The notes beneath the pieces were generated by a model. The model had not been told where the DNA came from. It ran no database searches and saw only the letters and a program-made list of their open reading frames with translations. A stretch of DNA of 43,604 bases from Candidatus Moanibacter sp. GTDB taxonomy: Bacteria > Verrucomicrobiota > Verrucomicrobiia > Opitutales > UBA2987. The DNA is taken from assembly GCA_965215885.1 (NCBI GenBank), contig CBDCEW010000045.1, positions 1 through 43,604 on the forward strand. The letters run 5' to 3'. Below are positions 31,732-41,875 of the stretch, piece after piece. Numbering within the stretch: the first letter of the stretch is position 1; every line of letters starts with the position of its first letter. The position numbers were made by a program, and so were the translations under genes.

Positions 31732-32597
31732 TCTCCGCACTGCGGAGACAATTGAGTTGGACGCATTTCAAACAGCTAATCTACCTGGATGACGCGCTGA
31801 AACGCGACTTCTACGCGGAGATCTGCCGAGTCGAAGGATGGAGCACCCGCACGCTTGGGCACAAGATCGACTGCATGCTGTACGAGCGGACGGCTTTGTC
31901 GAAGAAGCCGGAAGAAGTCATCAAGCACGAGATTGAAACCTTGCGGGAAGAGGACAAGCTCACCCCCGATCTCGTCTTTCGCGATCCGTATTTTTTGGAC
32001 TTCCTCGGGCTGAACGACCGCTATTTCGAGAAGGATCTTGAGGACGCCATTCTCCGCGAGATGGAATCCTTCATGCTCGAACTGGGTGTCGGTTTCACGT
32101 TCGTTGCGCGCCAGAAACGCATTCAGGTCGATGACGATGATTTCTATCTGGACCTGCTGTTTTACCACCGCAAGCTGCGCCGACTGGTGGCAATCGACCT
32201 CAAACTCGGCAAGTTCAAGCCAGCCTACAAAGGGCAGATGGAGCTCTACCTGCGCTGGTTGGAGGAATACGAGCAGGAGCCGAGTGAGGAGTCGCCGATC
32301 GGCCTCGTTCTCTGTGCGGGAAAGTCTGACGAGCAGATCAAACTGTTGCGGCTGGATGATGGAAACATCCGGGTGGCCGCCTACATGACGGCGCTGCCTC
32401 CGCGTCCGGTGTTGAAGAAAAAGCTGCATGAAGCTATGCGGTTGGCGCGGGAAAGGCTTCCAAGCCAACGCGACAGAATCGGTGTCGCGGAGGAGCGCGG
32501 GGACAACGATGCCGGAAAACCCGATAATCAACCCTTCGGCGCTGGAACCGTTGTTCGCGCCTTGGGAAGAACCCACGGCGCACCGCGTGCGGGGTGA
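31719..32597 (+). pseudogene. DUF1016/YhcG PD-(D/E)xK nuclease, 5'-truncated
   Basis: IVSALRRQLSWTHF, GWSTR.L, RDPYFLDFLGL, ELGVGF.F..RQKR, DLLFYHR.LR, GQMELYL, PIGLVLC; N-terminus missing. Confidence 0.88.
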
Positions 32598-34682
32598 GAA
32601 ACCGGGCGAAGAGGCGAAGGTCGTCAAGCACCGCCGCCCTTCACCAGTTGCTATTGTCAACAATCTGCGTATGGTGGCGCGAGCGATACGACGCGGCAAC
32701 TTTTAGCACATTGGTTCGAACGCCCCCATCGCGCCACGACTCCCAGCGGAGAGGAATACGAGTTTCGCTACTATTTCTGCCAACGCGAAGCCATCGAAGC
32801 GGCGATTTACCTGAAGGAAGTCCGCCGGATTAACTGTCTTTCTCAGATCGTAGCTGAGTTCGGCGGCGAAGATGCGGAGATCGCAGACTTGGGCATCACG
32901 GAGGAAGAGGACCTCTGGACACGTTTCGCTTTCAAAATGGGGTCGGGGAAGACAAAAGTCATGAGCCTGGCGGTCGTCTGAAGCTACTTCCACGCGCTAC
33001 GCGAGTCGGATTCCCCGATGGCACGTCACTTTGTCGTAATCGCGCCGAATCTCACCGTTTATGAACGACTGAAGGAAGATTTCGGAGGAGGCAGAATATT
33101 CGAATCCGATCCGCTCATTCCGTCGGAATGGCGCGGCGACAGGAGGTGTAATGTATCTGATCAACATCCACCGCCTCTATGACACGTCGAAACGCCGGGG
33201 ACGGAAGAACGCCGAAACCTATGATTTCATGGGGCCGGCGGTCTCCAAAGCGATCGCGCTGGATACTGGTGCGGCGCTTCGCGACAGGATCACGAGTCAT
33301 CAAAGGATCATGATTCTCAACGATGAGGCGCATCATGTCTGGGAACCGGATTCGGCCTGGAATGAAGCCATTGCTTACCTACACGACACGATAAAATCCC
33401 GGACAGGAGGCGAAGTTGCGGCGCAATTGGATTTCACAGCCACGCCGAAGGACAACCGGGGGCAGCAGTTTAAGCACATCATCTGTGATACCCCGCTCGG
33501 CGAAGCGGTGGACGGGGGCATTGTGAAGACCCCAGTCATCGGCAGGGGCGACAAAAGCATCACGGAAGAACCAAGCGATAATGCCGCCTACCGCTACGAC
33601 CGCCATCTACGTCTTGGCTATGCCCGGTGGCTGAAGAGCCGGGAGGAATGGGACCGGAGCGGGAAAAAGGCGCTGCTCTTCGTTATGTGCGACGACACTA
33701 AAGCCGCCGATCAGATCACGATCCGACTCAACACCGATGAGTCCTTCAGGGCGTTGAACGGCAAGACGATCAATTTGCACACCAATCTGAAAGGCAGGTT
33801 GAAGAAAATCGGCCGCGGAGCGAATGCTCGCGTCGAGTTTCGGGAGAGCGGCAGAGAAATCAGCGACGAAGACCTGAAAGCGTTGCGCAAATTGAGCAGG
33901 GAACTCGACGAGAATACCAGCCCCTACTTCTGTATCGTGTCCGTTCTCATGCTTCGGGAAGGGTGGGACGTGCGGAACGTGACATCGATCGTTCCGCACC
34001 GGCTCTACAGAACCTCATACACACTGAAGAGACCGAAGAAGAGCTCCCATTGCTGGCCCTGATGGAGCGTGGGGATGAGGAGGCAACAGCACCGGCGGAG
34101 TTTGTCGATCCAAGTCTACTCGAATCGTTGCCGTCGCGATACCAGGAGGGCGTACAACAGGCGGTCATGCTTCTGAGGTTCTTTGAGAACAAGGAAGGAA
34201 TGAACTACGCGCCGGTGTTCACGCCGTTACTCGGATCTATCGACGAGGCCGCGCGCGGGCTCATTACGCGGACTTTGCTTGGCTCACTTCCTCCGACGGT
34301 TCCCGATCAAAAGGCATGGTTTGTGCCATATCTTGGAGATGTGGACCGCAGAACTCACAACCACTACAAGGGAATGGCTCAGAACCTTAAGCGAACTCTG
34401 GTTTTCAAGAACGGCATCTCACCTTTGGGCCTTTTGCTTTTGCGTTCCTGTCTGGACTATGCTCTGAACGACAAGACGGATCTTGGCGGCGTATTCGAAG
34501 CCGTGACGGCACGGTTCCAAGTGAAGGGATCCCGTGATCTACTCGCGCGGGTCGAGGCAGTCAACGATTTCCGCAACACCTTCGTCGCGCATCACGAAAG
34601 GGATCTCACCGACAAGCAGCTTGCGGAAGCCTCCCTGAAGGAGTGGGTCGAATGTTTGGCAAAAATCCGCAGCTTTGGGTAG
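32509..34682 (+). pseudogene. Type III restriction Res-like SF2 helicase with C-terminal HEPN-like region, multiply disrupted
   Basis: YFCQREAIE, FKM-GSGKT (AT missing), TGA at 32979, IAPNLTVYERL, LNDEAHH, DFTATP, SVLMLREGWD; frame breaks at ~32670, ~33140, ~33997; RNTFVAH at 34572. Confidence 0.82.
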
Positions 34683-34936
34683 GTATGGGATAGCCGAAAC
34701 GGTGCGTACGCCCGCCCGAAAAGGGTCTGGTCGAATTTTTTTCCTCCTTGCAAGTGAACGGATAGAATCTGCACGCTCTGTCCGACTGAGAACCGGAATC
34801 GATTGTGAGTTCCCTTCAATTGTTGAGGTCACTCATTTACGGTCAACATCGTTGAATTCCCGGGGTCGAGTAAAGCAGGAATCGCTATGGGGAAACCGGC
34901 GTTTTCGAAAAGATGCACGAGACGATAGAAGGAGAG

Positions 34937-34988
34937 ATAAGGTGACATTGCCGACCGTATCAAAGCTTTGAACATAAGGTGACATTGC
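34937..34988. repeat. 15-bp direct repeat ataaggtgacattgc x2
   Basis: Exact copies at 34937-34951 and 34974-34988. Confidence 0.7.
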
Positions 34989-35230
34989 AATCGTAGGGAC
35001 AGCTACTTTTATCTGTAGTTTATGACGCAACCTGTGAGTAAACAGATACCGGGCCCCAAAAAAGGGCTCATGGTAATCGGACAATTTTTGCTAGCACCTT
35101 TTTCTAATGTACTCCCATGAACGATACTGTTGGAAAAACTCTCCGGGTTTTCCCCTGAAAAGACAGTAACCTTGATTTTTCCGGTTCCTTAGCTAGTTTA
35201 CTTCCTTCCAAAAATTTCAAGTAGACCACC

Positions 35231-37099
35231 ATGAGCACAGAAACAGTCGAAAAACATGAGTTTCAAGCAGAGGTAAAGCAGCTGCTCGATATCGTCGTTC
35301 ATTCCCTCTATACCGACAAGGAGATCTTCGCCCGCGAGCTCGTATCAAATGCCTCCGACGCGTTGGAGAAACTTCGTCACCTCCAGCTTACGGAAAAGGA
35401 TATCTTCGATGAGCGACTTGAGTTGGAGATCAATATCACGACAGACGATACGGCAGGTACCATAACGATTCAGGATTTTGGGTTAGGTATGACGCGCGAG
35501 GAGCTCGTGGAAAACCTTGGAACGATTGCCCATTCAGGCTCAAAAGCCTTTTTGAGCGCTCTTAAAGAGGGATCCGGCACGGACCGCAACCTCATCGGCC
35601 AGTTTGGAGTCGGATTCTACAGCGCTTTTATGGTGTCACGGGAAGTGCAGGTCTTTACCCATTCATGGAATACGGATGCGGAGCACCTTCTCTGGACGAG
35701 CGATGGCTCCGGAAGTTTCGAGATTGTTACGGTCGAGGGCCAGCGCCGAGGTTGTAAGGTCGTTCTTAAACTAAAGGAGGAAGAGAAGGACTTTTCGAAA
35801 TCGGAGCGATTCAAGGAGATCCTCACTCGCTACTCCAGCTTCGTTCAATTTCCCATAAATCTGAACGGAGAGCGTATCAACACCGTTCAAGCCCTCTGGA
35901 TGCGCAATAAGAATGAAATAAAAGAGGAAGATTACACCGAGTTCTACAAATTTCATGCCAATGCTTTCGATGAACCACGCATGCGTTTGCACTTCTCCGC
36001 CGACGCCCCGCTTGCTATCAATGCGATTCTCTTTGTCCCGCGGGATAACGTCGAGCGATTGGGATTTTATCGCTCCGAAATAGGGGTCAGTCTCTATTGC
36101 CGAAATGTGCTTATCGACGGCAAACCCGAAGGCCTCCTTCCGGAGTGGTTGCGCTTTCTGCGCGGGGTCGTCGATAGCGAGGATTTGCCCCTCAACATCT
36201 CCCGGGAAACCATGCAGGACAGCGCTCTGGTCAACAAACTCAACCGCGTGCTCACCAAGCGCTTCCTGAAGTTGCTGGAAGATGAGGCGAAGAAGCGCCC
36301 TGAAAAATACGAGGAGTTCTACAGGAATTTCGGCATCTACTTAAAGGAGGGCATCACCTCCGATTTCACCCACCGCGAACAGCTTGGGAAACTCCTGCGT
36401 TACGAGTCTTCGCTCACGGACGAGGGGAAATCGACCACTTTCGCGGACTATGTCTCGGGCATGAAAGAGGAGCAACGCGAGATTTACTACATCTATGCAC
36501 CGAATCGGAAGACGATCGAATCCGGTCCTTACCTCGAAGCCTTTAAATCGCGCAGTCTGGAAGTACTATTCCTCTATGAACCGGTCGATGAATTTGTCAT
36601 GAGCCACCTGAACGAATTTGACGGCAAGAAACTCGTCTCCGCCGATCAGGCCGATATTCAGCTCGAGGATTCCACTCTCCCGCCAGAAGAATCGCTGTCC
36701 AAAGACGAGGAAAAGGCACTTTGTGAGTGGATGGCCGAAACGCTGGGCGATCGCGTTGAAAAAGTGAGTGGTAGCCGAAGACTGGTGGAGAATCCCGCAA
36801 TCGCCCTGAATGCCGATAAGATGATCTCACCGAGCATGCGTCGCCTTATGAAATCAATGAATCAGGAGGTTCCGGTTGATCCCGAGATCAATTTAGAGAT
36901 TAATCCACACCATAATCTCATCAAGAACCTGGTAGATTTGAGAGAAAAGGACGCCGATCTCGCTAAACTGATTGCCGAACAGATTTTCGACAATGCCATG
37001 GTGGCGGCCGGCTACAATGAAGATCCCCGCTCCATGGTAAATCGGGTCTACGAGATTCTCGAGAAAGTCTCTAGCCCGGACATTTCACACACTTCGTAG
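35231..37099 (+). CDS. htpG: Hsp90 chaperone HtpG
   Basis: FQAEVKQLL..SLY..KEIF.RELVSNASDA, IGQFGVGFYSAF, GVVDSEDLPLNISRE, LEINP.H. Confidence 0.97.
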   Translation: MSTETVEKHEFQAEVKQLLDIVVHSLYTDKEIFARELVSNASDALEKLRHLQLTEKDIFDERLELEINITTDDTAGTITIQDFGLGMTREELVENLGTIAHSGSKAFLSALKEGSGTDRNLIGQFGVGFYSAFMVSREVQVFTHSWNTDAEHLLWTSDGSGSFEIVTVEGQRRGCKVVLKLKEEEKDFSKSERFKEILTRYSSFVQFPINLNGERINTVQALWMRNKNEIKEEDYTEFYKFHANAFDEPRMRLHFSADAPLAINAILFVPRDNVERLGFYRSEIGVSLYCRNVLIDGKPEGLLPEWLRFLRGVVDSEDLPLNISRETMQDSALVNKLNRVLTKRFLKLLEDEAKKRPEKYEEFYRNFGIYLKEGITSDFTHREQLGKLLRYESSLTDEGKSTTFADYVSGMKEEQREIYYIYAPNRKTIESGPYLEAFKSRSLEVLFLYEPVDEFVMSHLNEFDGKKLVSADQADIQLEDSTLPPEESLSKDEEKALCEWMAETLGDRVEKVSGSRRLVENPAIALNADKMISPSMRRLMKSMNQEVPVDPEINLEINPHHNLIKNLVDLREKDADLAKLIAEQIFDNAMVAAGYNEDPRSMVNRVYEILEKVSSPDISHTS

Positions 37100-37252
37100 C
37101 GAGAGTGCGTAGATTGCTGCGTATCAAAGCTTTTCCGCAGCACGCCGGGCGACAGCGTGTTGGAACCCTCTGAGGTCGGCGGGCAAGGGAACGCTTTGAT
37201 ACGCAGTGAGATCCGCGGTCGTAGTAGAAGGTTTGTGACATGTTCGGGCTAG
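37071..37252. mobile_element. MITE (~180 bp) flanked by CTAG
   Basis: ctagcccggacatttcaca ... tgtgacatgttcgggctag; internal IR ctgcgtatcaaagc / gctttgatacgcag. Confidence 0.85.
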
Positions 37253-37547
37253 GGGGTAAGGTAGAGACTAGTGCAGTTGCCGAATCATCAACGTACATAC
37301 GGGTTTGTGGACGGAGTGCAAATAAGCTCGTTTCAGCGGAATCACCAACGAAATGCTCCCGCATTCCGCTACGGGTGTCGAAATTCAGAGTAGTCCCGGC
37401 GCGCCGGGACGGAAGCATTTCGTCCTGCCACCGCGACGGATTTATTTGTTTGTCGACCCGATGGGCTCAGGCAAATATGCACGGCGTATCGTAAAAAGAG
37501 ACCGGGTCCATCCGTTTCGAATTATCAAATCCAAAAAGGATCGTTAC

Positions 37548-38480
37548 ATGAAAAAATCAGCCATTCTCTTGTCACTAATCGTTATATCTCAAACCTCTCA
37601 CTCTCAGGAGTCGAACGGTTACCCTGAAACAAATATCGCGGTCATGGGCGGCACATTTCTCAACGACGCCATGTTCGATTCGGGATATCTAAAGGGCAGC
37701 TTCAAAATCGAGACGGAAGCCGGTCGCTCGCCGGAGATTTATCACGGTGAAGTGGATGGAGTAATTTTCTATTACATCCACGGCCACGGGGGCGGCCAAT
37801 GGGTGGAGACCTGGTCCGCCCTCTATCATCTCGGCGTCAAAGAGGTAATCGGTGGCGCGACCGCCGGTGGCCTCAACAAATATTTAAAAACCTATGATCT
37901 CGTGGTTCCGGACGACCTGCTCGATTTCAATATCAACCGACCCATATACATCGTGAGAAAGGTTATTGGTCCGAAGGCGCACATTACCGCTCGCATGGCA
38001 CCGGCAACAGATCCATTGATTCAGAACATCCTATTTGAAGAGTCCCATCGGGTCTTGCGGTCGCGTGACGATCTAAATGATGTCAACGTCCACAAAGGCG
38101 GAGTCCTGGTAAACACGCGCGGCGGCCGCTTCGAAAGTGTCGCGGAAGACCTTTTTTTTCGCTCCATCGGCGGTGACCTTGTAACCATAAATAATGGAAC
38201 AGAGATGAACTACGCGCGGCAATTGGGCATCCATTACGCCTGTCTTAATCTCATTTCGAATCCGGCTGAAGGAACGGGCGAATGGGAGTGGGCCGATATA
38301 AAGCCTGTCTATCAACGGATGAATCTGGTTTGCCTCGAGATTGTCGCCGCCGCCATTCCCCGTGTCGCCCAGATCGGAGACGCCCCGCGTGTTATGGATC
38401 GATTGCTCCGCATGGACCCCGGATTCACCTATAAGAAGGACGCCAAAAAAGCAAAATCTGCCCCCTTCCCTGTGGAGTAG
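37548..38480 (+). CDS. MTAP/purine nucleoside phosphorylase-family protein with signal peptide
   Basis: LGVKEVIG..AGGL, DLVVPDDLLD, GGRFES.AE, GGDLV, E..YARQLGIHYA...ISNPAEG; MKKSAILLSLIVI leader. Confidence 0.78.
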   Translation: MKKSAILLSLIVISQTSHSQESNGYPETNIAVMGGTFLNDAMFDSGYLKGSFKIETEAGRSPEIYHGEVDGVIFYYIHGHGGGQWVETWSALYHLGVKEVIGGATAGGLNKYLKTYDLVVPDDLLDFNINRPIYIVRKVIGPKAHITARMAPATDPLIQNILFEESHRVLRSRDDLNDVNVHKGGVLVNTRGGRFESVAEDLFFRSIGGDLVTINNGTEMNYARQLGIHYACLNLISNPAEGTGEWEWADIKPVYQRMNLVCLEIVAAAIPRVAQIGDAPRVMDRLLRMDPGFTYKKDAKKAKSAPFPVE

Positions 38481-38521
38481 AAGAGTCTGGTATTCAATGA
38501 ATTGCGATCGACGCCCGAGCG

Positions 38522-41500
38522 GTGAACATGAACATCGAATTCCGAAAGTCTCTACTTCGAAGTTGGACGTTGAATCTTGGTGTTCTCGAATCCGTCGGGA
38601 AATTCCGCTTTAATAAACCCACGGTGTCCTCGAATTCCTGGCTTTCCGGGGTGTGCCTGCCGAATCCGTGGGTCTACTTTTCTTCTCTAAATCCTCTCCG
38701 TTTCCTTCTGTTCAATTCCCTTCTCGCATCCGCGCTCCTGACCTGCCATCTTCACTCCCAGATACCGACTTCGCCGGTCGAGGGTCTGAGAGATAACTCT
38801 CCAACAGTCCACGCCCTAGTCAACGCCACCATCGTAACCTCCCCGGGACAGATTCTGGAGAATGCAACTCTGGTTCTCGAAAACGGCCTGATCAGGTCCG
38901 TTGGAAAGGATTCTGAGCCGCCGCCTAACGCCCGCATCTGGGACCTGGAGGGTAAATGGATCTATCCGGGTTTTCTCGAAAGCTATTCTCACCTCGGCCT
39001 TCCCCAAGACTTGCGCCCTCCCAAAAAGAAGAAGGCCAAAGAGGAGGCCAAAAAAACACCACCACCGAAGCCTGTCCGGCCCTCAAGGGGAACCAAATCC
39101 TGGAATGCGAGAGTCACCCCGGAACGTGAAATATCCGCCTTCATTGAGATTGACCCAAAAGAGATCGAGAGTCTTCGCAACCTGGGCTTCGCAACTGCCC
39201 TTTCGGCACCGGGGAGAGGGATTTTTCAGGGACAAAGTACCCTTCTTCATCTCAACGGAAAATCGCCCAACCTCAGCATTCTGATTCCCCAGGTTGGGCA
39301 ACATATCGCATTCGAGGCGCGAACCACGAAAGAGGCCTCCTACCCCAATTCGCTCATGGGATGCATCGCCCTTATCAGGCAGACTCTACACGATGCGAAC
39401 TGGCACCGTGAAGTCTCCGATTTGTACGGAAATCAACCTCGGGGCATCGAGAGAGCCGAAACAAACGCCGCTCTTGTGGCGCTCGCCGCGGCAGTCAATG
39501 GAGAACAGAGGGTATATTTCAAGACGGAGGATGAACTTGATTACCTGCGTAGCAAACGGATCGCGGATGAATTCGAACTCGACTACGCTATTATCGGCAG
39601 CGGCTACGAATATCGGTTCACACCTTTGCTTCGCGAGATGAACGTCACGGTGATTGTCTCGCTCAAATTTCCCGATCCACCACCCGTGGAAACACCGGAA
39701 TCACACTTGGAAGTCTCCCTCGAGCAACTTCAACATTGGGAAATGGCCCCCTCCAACCCCGCCTTTCTCGCCAGAGAAGAGATTCCGTTCTGCCTAACGA
39801 CTCGAGGTCTCGAGAAACCGGAAGAATCCTTCTGGAAGAATCTGCGGGAGTGCATCAGGCGCGGTCTGGACAAGGAGGCCGCACTTGCCGCTCTCACGAC
39901 GGAGCCGGCCAGATTGTTCGGCGTCGATGAGAGATTGGGAACGATTGAAAAAGGCAAGATCGCTGATCTAGTTGTCGCTTCAGGAGATCTCTTTGCCGAC
40001 AGACAAGCAAATATCCTCTCGGTATGGGTGGACGGGTTTAGATTCGAAACGAAGAAGGGCGGGTTGATCGACCCTCGCGGAGAGTGGAGCTTATCATGGA
40101 CCGGTGTTTCCGGAGTCGATCGATGGAAGATTACGGGCGATGAGAAAAAGCTAACTGTTATGGTCGGCGATGATGAATTTCCCGCAAAAGTGCAGTTCGG
40201 TCAGGTGATCGCATTCCCGAATGCCGGGCTCTTTGGTTTGGAGGAAGGCACCGTGCGCCTCGCCGCTTACCTCGACAAAGATCGGATGAAAGGAAGCGGC
40301 CGGCTCCCAGATGGCGCCACCTTCTCCTGGACCGCCCTCCGGGTCGAGAGAGCCCCAACCGAAAGTAAAAGGGATACTCCAGAAACTGACGTTCCCGAGC
40401 TTGCATTCAGTGTTTATCCTGCAGGCGCGTATGGCAGATCGCAGCAACCCGTTCAACCCGCCGCCATCCTGGTTAAGAACGCCACTATATGGACAAGCGG
40501 CTCCCCAGGCACCCTTGAGAGTGCCGATCTCTTCATTGAGAAGGGAATAATCACCGCCGTCGGTAAACGGCTCAAGGGTTCCCGAAATGCTCATAAAGTC
40601 GACGCTTCCGGTAAGCATATTACTCCCGGTCTCATCGATTGTCACTCTCACACCGCGATCAGCCGCGGCGTCAATGAAGGGAGTCATGCCGTAACTCTGG
40701 AGGTTCGCATCGGTGACGTCCTCAACCCTACCGATATCGCCCTATATCGCGAGCTTGGTGGTGGCCTTACCACGGCAAACATCCTGCATGGCTCGGCTAA
40801 CCCCATGGGAGGGCAGAATCAGGTGATCAAATTGCGCTGGGGTGAGCATGCGGAAGGCTTGAAATTCCGCGACGCCAAACCGGGAGTCAAATTCGCTCTA
40901 GGCGAGAATGTCAAACAGAGCAACTGGGGCGACAATTACACGACCCGTTACCCTCAAACGCGCATGGGTGTGGAACAGCTTATGCGCGATACCTTTATGG
41001 CGGCGCGGGAATACGAGCGATTGTGGCAGGATTTTCACGCGGGCAAGGAGAAGTTGCCTCCTCGACGAAACCTCCGTCTGGAGACCGCCCTCGAAATCCT
41101 CAACAACGAGCGCATCGTTCACATCCACTCCTACAGGCAAGATGAAATACTGATGTTCGCCCGGTTGGCGGAGGAATTCGAATTCACTATCGGAACCTAT
41201 CAGCATGTCCTGGAAGGTTATAAGATTGCTGAAGCTATCGCCCGCGTCGGCGCCGGGGCTTCCACCTTTTCCGATTGGTGGGCCTATAAATTCGAAGTTT
41301 ATGACGCCATTCCCTATAACGGTGCCCTCTTGCACCAAAACGGGATTGTTACATCTTTCAATTCGGACAGCAATGAGATGGCCCGTCGCCTCAATACGGA
41401 AGCCGCCAAGGCAGTCAAATACGGCGGGCTTAACGAGCTCGAAGCGCTCAAATTCGTCACTCTTAATCCGGCCATCCAATTAAGAATCGATCACCGGGTG

Positions 41501-41875
41501 GGATCCCTCGAACCCGGAAAGGACGCCGATTTTGTCATCTGGTCGGGGCACCCTCTCTCCGGCTACTCTTATGCCGAACAGACTTGGATCGACGGCCGAA
41601 AGTATTTCGATTTTGAGGAGGACAGGAAGATGCAGAATTGGGTTCGTCGGGAACGCGAGCGTCTCGTTGCGAAGGCTCTTCCCTATCGCCTCAAAAAGAT
41701 CGGTGTCGAAGAAAAGAGCAACTCCCACGATACCGATGCAGAGGAAACAAACCCGGAAAACTCTATTTTTTCCAGTTTATCAGGTGCCGGTTTTCCTCGT
41801 CCTTCAATCTACGGCAACGGCCACAGTTTTCGCCCTGCAACCTGCGGGGTAATTTACACTGAAACTAACCAGTGA
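38522..41875 (+). CDS. Two-domain amidohydrolase-family protein, probably exported; start uncertain
   Basis: IYPGFLESYSH and ITPGLIDCHSH; GTIEKGKIADLV; NSDS, GSLEPGKDADFVIW. Confidence 0.9.
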   Translation: MNMNIEFRKSLLRSWTLNLGVLESVGKFRFNKPTVSSNSWLSGVCLPNPWVYFSSLNPLRFLLFNSLLASALLTCHLHSQIPTSPVEGLRDNSPTVHALVNATIVTSPGQILENATLVLENGLIRSVGKDSEPPPNARIWDLEGKWIYPGFLESYSHLGLPQDLRPPKKKKAKEEAKKTPPPKPVRPSRGTKSWNARVTPEREISAFIEIDPKEIESLRNLGFATALSAPGRGIFQGQSTLLHLNGKSPNLSILIPQVGQHIAFEARTTKEASYPNSLMGCIALIRQTLHDANWHREVSDLYGNQPRGIERAETNAALVALAAAVNGEQRVYFKTEDELDYLRSKRIADEFELDYAIIGSGYEYRFTPLLREMNVTVIVSLKFPDPPPVETPESHLEVSLEQLQHWEMAPSNPAFLAREEIPFCLTTRGLEKPEESFWKNLRECIRRGLDKEAALAALTTEPARLFGVDERLGTIEKGKIADLVVASGDLFADRQANILSVWVDGFRFETKKGGLIDPRGEWSLSWTGVSGVDRWKITGDEKKLTVMVGDDEFPAKVQFGQVIAFPNAGLFGLEEGTVRLAAYLDKDRMKGSGRLPDGATFSWTALRVERAPTESKRDTPETDVPELAFSVYPAGAYGRSQQPVQPAAILVKNATIWTSGSPGTLESADLFIEKGIITAVGKRLKGSRNAHKVDASGKHITPGLIDCHSHTAISRGVNEGSHAVTLEVRIGDVLNPTDIALYRELGGGLTTANILHGSANPMGGQNQVIKLRWGEHAEGLKFRDAKPGVKFALGENVKQSNWGDNYTTRYPQTRMGVEQLMRDTFMAAREYERLWQDFHAGKEKLPPRRNLRLETALEILNNERIVHIHSYRQDEILMFARLAEEFEFTIGTYQHVLEGYKIAEAIARVGAGASTFSDWWAYKFEVYDAIPYNGALLHQNGIVTSFNSDSNEMARRLNTEAAKAVKYGGLNELEALKFVTLNPAIQLRIDHRVGSLEPGKDADFVIWSGHPLSGYSYAEQTWIDGRKYFDFEEDRKMQNWVRRERERLVAKALPYRLKKIGVEEKSNSHDTDAEETNPENSIFSSLSGAGFPRPSIYGNGHSFRPATCGVIYTETNQ

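Larger units (their letters stand above)
26209..34682 (+). other. Decaying defence-like genomic island
   Basis: Co-oriented nuclease/ATPase/helicase genes, four of five damaged; sits between the SDR gene and htpG. Confidence 0.7.

Noticed and set aside
31776..32699. 307-aa antisense ORF and similar shadow ORFs
   Set aside because: Antisense to well-supported genes; explained by codon bias.
35090..35120. CIRCE operator upstream of htpG
   Set aside because: Only a partial left arm (ctagcacct); no GAGTGCTAA right arm.
25838..37130. attL/attR pair bounding an integrative element
   Set aside because: The similar sequences are copies of a MITE with several mismatches, they enclose the core gene htpG, and there is no integrase.
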